A DNA stretch of 27,343 nucleotides from Ascoidea asiatica JCM 7603 (Eukaryota > Fungi > Ascomycota): assembly GCA_001600695.1 (NCBI GenBank), contig BCKQ01000001.1, forward strand, positions 1,482,827 to 1,510,169, read 5' to 3'. Of the stretch, positions 21,043 through 27,343 are shown in pieces. Positions within the stretch are counted from its first letter, which is position 1, and every line of letters starts with the position of its first letter. Both the position numbers and the translations under genes were made by a program. The notes below the pieces were generated by a model. It made no database searches. It saw nothing but the letters and a program-made list of their open reading frames with translations, and was not told where the DNA came from.

Positions 21043-23733
21043 TTAATAATAATTTTTGACAACATTACTTTTATTAATTCTAGGACTTGCCAATGATTCT
21101 CTTGTTGGCTTTCTAAAACTCTTTCTATTAACCATAGTAACATCATCCGTCATAGCTAATATAACATTTTTATCTGAACCATATTTGAAATTTTCTGCCA
21201 TTACATTAAGTTCATATCTCTTGATAAGATAAGGTTCTGCATCACCTCTAAGAATCTTTTTAAGAGACCATTGAATAACATATGACCCACTGGAAGAAAC
21301 TATTGTAGTTTCTTTTGAATCCACACCAGTATTGAAATGAGCTTTTGTAAAATTTAAAGGAGATTTAGTTTCCTGTTGCATAAAAGCGACATGTTGTGGA
21401 GATAATTGTAATCTTCTAGGAATTGGTTTTGAATCTTTTGCAAAAGATTTAAGAAATCCAGTTTGACCAGCATTTTTACCAGATTTGATTTTGGAATCTA
21501 TAAGTAAAAGATAAGTTTTACAAGTTGCTAACACCCATCTACCATCAGAAGAGCTTTCAATTCCTTTAATTTCTTCACCTAGACCAGGTAATGAAGTTTT
21601 AGCATTAATTCCTAATCTATCATATAATCTTATTTCACCAGTTTTTGAAGCAACTGCAATATTACCTAAAGCAGTTGTAGTCATTGCGCTAAAATTAGTT
21701 TTTGTTTTATATTGTTTATGTTCTTTTTCAACTAATTTATCTTTGGCAGAAATTCTTGGATCTATTTTAAATAAACCATTTGAAGCAATACCTAAGAAAG
21801 TTTGTTCACCAGTCATTTGACTAAATTTAGAAGTTGGATTAAATTCAATAATTGGCATTTTACTATCTTCACCAACAGTATATTCTTCGATAACTTTACC
21901 CTTTTCAAGATCTAATTTGAATAGATTATTTAATTGATTTTGACCTTGCATAATTAAAGATTTATCTTCCATATGTAACATAACTTTTTCTGGAGAAAAT
22001 GAGTTACCATTAAGATCTTTTATACCTTCAATTGCACTTTGAAAATTTAAACCATCATCATTAGTTTTAAAAACACCGATTTTATTACCTCTTACAACAT
22101 AAGATCTATCATTTTTATAAGAAACAGTTAAAGCATTATTTTTTTCAGAATTTGATTGAAATTGTTTTTTAGCGAATTTTTCATCCTTTTCATCATCAAA
22201 GAAATCATCTTCATCATCTGAAATAACATTTTTTTTTTCACCTTTTTTAATAGTTGATTTTGAAGTTTTAATTTCTGGTTCAATTTCACTTTCACTTTCA
22301 CTTTCAGATCCTGATTGTTCATTCAGTTCTTCATCAAAATCTGAATCATTATCATATTTTGAAATTTCTTTAATATCATCTTCATTATCATTTAAATTCA
22401 TATCATTTAAAGCATCAATAATATAATCTTGATCATTATCATTAATTTTACCCCATTTAGTTTTATAAGTTGATTGCCAAGAAACAGCACCAAAAGAAGC
22501 TTGAAATTCTTCTAATTGATCAAAAGTTTTAAATTTTAATAACCAAGAAAGAGCTTTATTATCATAAAAATAATTAAATATAAAACATAAATGATCATAA
22601 TTAAAAGTTGGATTCATATCTTTATTTATAATTGGACCTAAAATTAAATCATTTGATTCATTTAAAGTATTATTTTGAATAATTAAATAATAAATCCAAT
22701 TACCAGAATCTAAAATTATTGCATTTGTATTTTTTTTTTGAATTACAAAACTACTTGAAATTGGATCATATAAATGTAATTCAACTTCAGTGGTAATGAT
22801 TTTTTCACCTTTTGGAAAATCAGATTCCTTTATTGGATCTGGAGGAATATAAGCAGGATCTAATTGCGCCTTTGGGGTTGAAAGTTTTGAAGATTTTGAA
22901 GATTTTGAAGATTTTATTGATTTTATTGATTTTGAAGATTTATTTTTGAAATGTTTTTGATCATCATAAGCATCTTTAAATTCAGAAGATTCTATAGATT
23001 CAGCATCATCAGATTGATCATTATCTTCTTCATCAGCATAAGCATCTGCATTATTATCAGAATCTGAATCATTATTATTGTTGATATTGTTATTTTTATT
23101 GTTATTTTTATTTATAGATTTAATTGAAGATTGATGAGTTAAAGAAACAGGAGATAATAAATTTTTTTTATTAAATTCTTTTAAAGGATTATAAATAAAT
23201 TCAAATAATTGATCATCATTACAACTTACACTTGATTTTTTATATTTATTTTCATATTCACATTTATAAATAGTTTTTAAAAATTGATCAATTAAATTTT
23301 CATTAATTGTTGAATCACAAATAAATTGAAATTGATCACCATCATCACCATTTAAATCAAACCAAGCAATGATTGTATTACCATCATTTAAATTAATTTT
23401 TTTATGAAATTTTAAATTTTTATTAATTAAGAAATTTTTTTCATCATTTGAACCACCATTTAAAATTAAAGAAGAATTATCATCATTATAATCATCATAA
23501 TAATCAGAATCTTTTAATAATTCTTCTTCACCTTCTTCATAAGCTCTTTGAATAACTAATTGATAATTAAATGGAGTTGAAGTTTGTCTTATTGAAGCAA
23601 CACAATCATGATAAAGACATTCACTTTCACTTTTTGGAGAAGATGGAGATCTTGATAAAATTAATTGACCAGATGGTAAAACAACTAATTCATCTTTTAA
23701 TGAAGGACTTAACATTTTTTTTAAGAAATTCAT
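21043..23733 (-). CDS. VID27: Vacuolar import and degradation protein 27
   Basis: N-terminal LPSGQL.L.RSP.SPK.ESECLY.D..ASIR.T..PF.YQLV.QRAYEEGEE, PH-like middle domain, and C-terminal propeller (DRSYVVRGNKIGVFK, GEIRLYDRLGINAKT.LPGLGE.I...SSDGRWVLATC). Confidence 0.95.
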   Translation of the reverse strand: MNFLKKMLSPSLKDELVVLPSGQLILSRSPSSPKSESECLYHDCVASIRQTSTPFNYQLVIQRAYEEGEEELLKDSDYYDDYNDDNSSLILNGGSNDEKNFLINKNLKFHKKINLNDGNTIIAWFDLNGDDGDQFQFICDSTINENLIDQFLKTIYKCEYENKYKKSSVSCNDDQLFEFIYNPLKEFNKKNLLSPVSLTHQSSIKSINKNNNKNNNINNNNDSDSDNNADAYADEEDNDQSDDAESIESSEFKDAYDDQKHFKNKSSKSIKSIKSSKSSKSSKLSTPKAQLDPAYIPPDPIKESDFPKGEKIITTEVELHLYDPISSSFVIQKKNTNAIILDSGNWIYYLIIQNNTLNESNDLILGPIINKDMNPTFNYDHLCFIFNYFYDNKALSWLLKFKTFDQLEEFQASFGAVSWQSTYKTKWGKINDNDQDYIIDALNDMNLNDNEDDIKEISKYDNDSDFDEELNEQSGSESESESEIEPEIKTSKSTIKKGEKKNVISDDEDDFFDDEKDEKFAKKQFQSNSEKNNALTVSYKNDRSYVVRGNKIGVFKTNDDGLNFQSAIEGIKDLNGNSFSPEKVMLHMEDKSLIMQGQNQLNNLFKLDLEKGKVIEEYTVGEDSKMPIIEFNPTSKFSQMTGEQTFLGIASNGLFKIDPRISAKDKLVEKEHKQYKTKTNFSAMTTTALGNIAVASKTGEIRLYDRLGINAKTSLPGLGEEIKGIESSSDGRWVLATCKTYLLLIDSKIKSGKNAGQTGFLKSFAKDSKPIPRRLQLSPQHVAFMQQETKSPLNFTKAHFNTGVDSKETTIVSSSGSYVIQWSLKKILRGDAEPYLIKRYELNVMAENFKYGSDKNVILAMTDDVTMVNRKSFRKPTRESLASPRINKSNVVKNYY

Positions 23734-24713
23734 CTCGAATGTATTAATTTTATGAATAAGCTAATAATGATAAAAAGAGGGGGCGATTTATGAAATATTA
23801 TTATTATTATTATTATAAGATGTTGATATTGAAGTTGAAAATGAATATATGAATATATGAATATATGAATAAGAATAAGAATTAGAGTATGAATTATCTA
23901 GCAAAAGAATTTCAGTTATTGAATTAAAATCAATAAAATTTTGAATCAGAGTTAAAATGATAATATTTTAGATATTCAAATCAAATGATAATTAAACCAA
24001 CTAAATTTTAAATAAACTCAAATAAATCAAATCAAATCAAATCAAATCAATCAATTGTAAGTTATCAAAATAATAAAAATCAATGAAATGAATTAAATCA
24101 ATTAAATAGATCAATTTACTCTAGAGTAAGTTAATTCTAAATTTTTTTTATTTCTTTCTTTATAAAAAGACCAAAAATCTGGCATTATAATTTTACAGTG
24201 TAAACAGTTGTTTATTTTATTCAATTGATTGATTGATTGAATGATTGATTGTTTGTTTACACTGAGATCAAAAAGTAAAAAAAAAGAGAACAGGAAACGT
24301 GACCATATCCGTTGCTTAGCCACACTTGGGTCCGAGACCAGTAATACGGGTGGTCTACTTCCTTGTTCTTTAAAGTTCCTTTAATTTCCATTATTTATAT
24401 TCTTTTTGTTGCTGTATTGATATTATTACTGTTGTATTATTTTTTATGATCTGTCATATTTTTATTTGAATTGCAATAGTATGAAATTTAAAGTTTAGGT
24501 AACTTACTACAGTTTTTTAATCCCTCTTTATGGATCTAATTTTAATCATAATGTTATTAGATTTATGTTAAATAAAGGTTTATTTTAATTAAAATGATGA
24601 TGATATAGATGATACAATAGTTATATAGAGAAAGAAAAAAGAAAGATAGAGAAGAGCAGATTAACATAAGTATGAATTATTTTTCTTGTATATGAAAGAT
24701 GATGAGTGAATAT

Positions 24714-25367
24714 CTAATTTTTTGATAATTTAATTTTATCAATATCATTTAATAAAACTTTATCAAATTGATTACTTAAAGCTTTAACTTTTTTTTTAAT
24801 TTGAGGATCAATTTCTTTATTTACTTTTGAAATTTTTAAATTATTTTTAATTAAATATTGATTATTAATAAATTCTAAATCATTTAAAATTTTAGAATTA
24901 TTAAAAGTTATTTTTTCATAATAATTTAAATTTTTATAAAATTCATTAACTCTTGAATCCTTTATTGTATTATTATAGTTATTATTATAATTATTATTAT
25001 AATTATTATCCTCAATCATATTATTTTGAAAATTTAACATTACAGTATCATCAATTTTATCATTATCGAATATATTTTCATTTAAATCATTTAAATTATT
25101 ATAATTATTATAACTGTGATTATCTAAGTTATTATTATTGAAATTATTTAATATTGGATTAATATCAATATAACCATTGATTGTATTATCAACAATTAAA
25201 TTTAAATTATTTGATTTGTTTTCTTGAAATTGATTAAATTTTTTAATATATAAAGCTTTTTTCTTTAAATCTGAATTTGTTTCATAATTATTATTTAATA
25301 ATGAACTTCTTTCATTTATTTCATCATTATTTTCCGATTTCAAACATATTGATAAACATCCTCCCAT
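24714..25367 (-). CDS. MEH1: Probable EGO/Ragulator anchor subunit Meh1/Ego1 (LAMTOR1-like)
   Basis: N-terminal MGGCLSIC (myristoylation plus palmitoylation), acidic dileucine NERSSLL, and L..IVD.T...YIDI motif typical of LAMTOR1/Ego1; appropriate size. Confidence 0.7.
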   Translation of the reverse strand: MGGCLSICLKSENNDEINERSSLLNNNYETNSDLKKKALYIKKFNQFQENKSNNLNLIVDNTINGYIDINPILNNFNNNNLDNHSYNNYNNLNDLNENIFDNDKIDDTVMLNFQNNMIEDNNYNNNYNNNYNNTIKDSRVNEFYKNLNYYEKITFNNSKILNDLEFINNQYLIKNNLKISKVNKEIDPQIKKKVKALSNQFDKVLLNDIDKIKLSKN

Positions 25368-25999
25368 TTTGAATGTATATATTATTATGTTATATTTTAT
25401 ATTTTATATTTTATTTTATATTGATATTTATATGTGTATATATATGTGTATATATATATTTATATATATATTCATGAAATTCAATAATATGTGAGTGTGA
25501 CTAATATACTATTTAATCTTTTTTTTTTCTTTTATTCTATTTTGAAAATTTCGATTGATGATCAAGTTCAAATATCTTTGGATATCATTATCAATATCAA
25601 ATTAATTTAAGGAGTGTATAAAAACAGACTGCAAAACGATAATGTTTAATAGAGTTATGAATGATGATTAAAGAATTGTAGTTTATATTTATGATTGATT
25701 ATAAGCAAGCGAATATTTTAGTTAAAGAGATTTGAAAGTAAATTTCAAGCAAGATTGAATCGAAATTTGAATATTTTTTGAATATTTTTTGAATAGTTTT
25801 TTAAATATTATTTAGATTATATTTTTTTTTATTTTCTTTTTTGATATATTGATATTTAATATTTGATTTTGATTTTGATTCGAGTTTTACAGTGAAGTAA
25901 ATTCACTTTAACGTTAACTCCAGTTTCATTTTCACTTCTCACTTTCTCTCTCAGTCACACTTAAAAATACTACAAGTACTAATAAAATTACAAGCAATA

Positions 26000-26250
26000 A
26001 CGGTAGCCGTGACTTGCCAGATCCAGCCGAGTGGCGACTGCTGCTGCTTTCCGAAAAAGGCGCCGTGAACAGGCCTCGATTTCAGAGCAGCAGGAAAACA
26101 AACCGAGCACCTAGCCACATGACTGCCCACTTCCGGTCCTCGGCTGCCTTTTCAATACTACCGGTAGTATTACGTAAAGTTGCTCTTCTTTTTTTTGTCT
26201 TCAAAAACAATGTAAAGTTAAAGCCAACAAGCTTTTCAATTACGTAATGC
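26000..26250. promoter_or_regulatory. GC-richer divergent promoter island between MEH1 and the right-arm orphan gene
   Basis: CGTGAC 26008, CACATGAC 26116, 18-bp palindrome 26154-26171, TTACGTAA at 26170 and 26240 (Yap-family bZIP-type palindrome). Confidence 0.5.
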
Positions 26251-26339
26251 TTTTTTTTTTAGGTTTGGTTTTTCCTATTTGGGTCAGATATCCTAAAAAT
26301 ATTAAGCAAACTAAAAAGGGTTTTTTATCATCAATTGCA

Positions 26340-27343
26340 CTTTCTAGCAAGTTAACAATAAAATTATTTCGATTTATGAACTTGTTATGATTGCTTTTAA
26401 TTTACCTAGCAACCATGGAATTTGTGGAATTATATATAAACTCACTGATTTCTTTTGGTTTATGTTTTAATGAAAATTTATACATCCATATGATAGTTAT
26501 ATATATACAGTATATACAGTATATGTATAGGTATTAATAAAAAAACAATCATCACTAATAACATTACTAATAATCAATGGGCTTCTCAATAGATATGTTT
26601 ATTCCAGCTTTATTGGTTTCTTTTCCATTATTTAAACCCATAAAATGTTTGATAACTTGGACTAGAAATTATGATAAATATCCATTATTAGAAAAAGATG
26701 TTTCACGTTTTTTGGAAAAATTTTTATGGTTTTTGAGATTGATTATTTTTTTTAATATTGAATTTTTTATTTTGAATTTACTTCAATTTGATTTAATTTT
26801 ATTCTCATTACTTTTAATCTGTTCTATTTTTATTTCTTTTACAATTGTATATGTTTATACAAAAAAGAATTTCAAGAATTTTTTTACTTTTCTCCAAAAT
26901 AGAAAAATTAATAAAATTTTGACTTATGTGAATAACAATAAAAATATTATCAATATTCCTGCAGGTTTTAGAATTGTTGAATACAAACTCGTTGCTATGA
27001 TTCCTTTTCCTCGAAATTCTAAGCCCAGGCGATTCCGGTGGTTTGAAGCAAACAATGGAAATCAATATTTTACAAATATATTATTAACAAATGGATTTCC
27101 CATTGGTATAAAATATATTGATGACAAAAAAGATAAAGAAGATAAAAATAATTTAGATAATCTTATTATAATACCTTCAATTAATTGTTATGATATTTAC
27201 ATAGAAGCACTAATTTTCAAATTGTTATATTTAATATCATTTATTTTTGAAATTATCAAGATGATAAAAATGAGATTGAATCTTTACTCTATAATTTTTG
27301 AAGTTTCATTTTTTTTACTTTATTTTTCTTCAAAAAGTATTTA
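26340..27343. repeat. Right arm of the inverted repeat (partner 1..1015); weaker similarity continues inward to ~26210
   Basis: The last 118 bases are the exact reverse complement of bases 1..118; see the left arm for the rest of the alignment. Confidence 0.97.
26577..27343 (+). CDS. Orphan multi-pass membrane protein, 3'-incomplete (>=255 aa), absent from the ORF track
   Basis: Hand translation is stop-free from ATG 26577 to the edge: MGFSIDMFIPALLVSFPLFKPIKCLITWTRNYDKYPLLEKDVSRFLEKFLWFLRLIIFFNIEFFILNLLQFDLILFSLLLICSIFISFTIVYVYTKKNFKNFF...GFRIVEYKLVAMIPFPRNSKPRRFRWFEANNGNQYFTNILLTNGFPIGIKYIDDKKDKEDKNNLD...IYIEALIFKLLYLISFIFEIIKMIKMRLNLYSIIFEVSFFLLYFSSKSI. A run of 255 open codons in such AT-rich DNA is unlikely by chance. 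TATATATAAA at 26431-26440. Confidence 0.8.
   Translation, partial: MGFSIDMFIPALLVSFPLFKPIKCLITWTRNYDKYPLLEKDVSRFLEKFLWFLRLIIFFNIEFFILNLLQFDLILFSLLLICSIFISFTIVYVYTKKNFKNFFTFLQNRKINKILTYVNNNKNIINIPAGFRIVEYKLVAMIPFPRNSKPRRFRWFEANNGNQYFTNILLTNGFPIGIKYIDDKKDKEDKNNLDNLIIIPSINCYDIYIEALIFKLLYLISFIFEIIKMIKMRLNLYSIIFEVSFFLLYFSSKSI

Noticed and set aside
4014-25367. Functional vacuole/TORC1 gene cluster (ATG27, FHL1, VID27, MEH1)
   Set aside because: Interspersed with unrelated genes (PFD1, PCF11, SKT5-like); no evidence beyond chance adjacency.
1-27343. Mating-type flip/flop locus with MAT genes inside the IR
   Set aside because: No homeodomain, HMG-box or alpha-box ORF inside the arms; the genes adjoining the arms are a PCL cyclin and MEH1. 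MAT genes outside the window cannot be excluded.
1-27343. Giant DNA transposon, Starship-type element or linear plasmid with terminal inverted repeats
   Set aside because: No transposase, tyrosine recombinase or polymerase; the cargo is typical chromosomal housekeeping genes; the arms are gene copies; termini and target-site duplications are not visible.

Overview
Very AT-rich budding-yeast (Saccharomycotina) genomic DNA with Asn-rich proteins. The style is reminiscent of Ascoidea-type genomes, but the species cannot be fixed from the sequence. The interior ~25 kb holds eight ordinary conserved genes: a PCL8/10-type Pho85 cyclin, ATG27, intron-containing PFD1, a very long FHL1, a SEL1-repeat chitin-synthase regulator (SKT5/CHS4 family), PCF11, VID27 and MEH1/EGO1. 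The striking structure is at the ends. Positions 1..~1015 and ~26340..27343 are an inverted repeat (about 94% identical by hand count), fading inward to ~1170 and ~26210. Each arm carries the promoter and 5' part of an outward-pointing orphan multi-transmembrane gene that the ORF track does not show in full. The right copy is open from ATG 26577 to the window edge (255 codons). The left copy is disabled by a 14-bp duplication frameshift and an in-frame TGA. Divergence between the copies is patchy and mostly non-synonymous, while their non-coding upstream DNA is ~99% identical. This is a candidate invertible (flip/flop) locus and/or a rapidly evolving, gene-converting membrane-protein family. 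No MAT genes, recombinase or transposase are visible inside the window.
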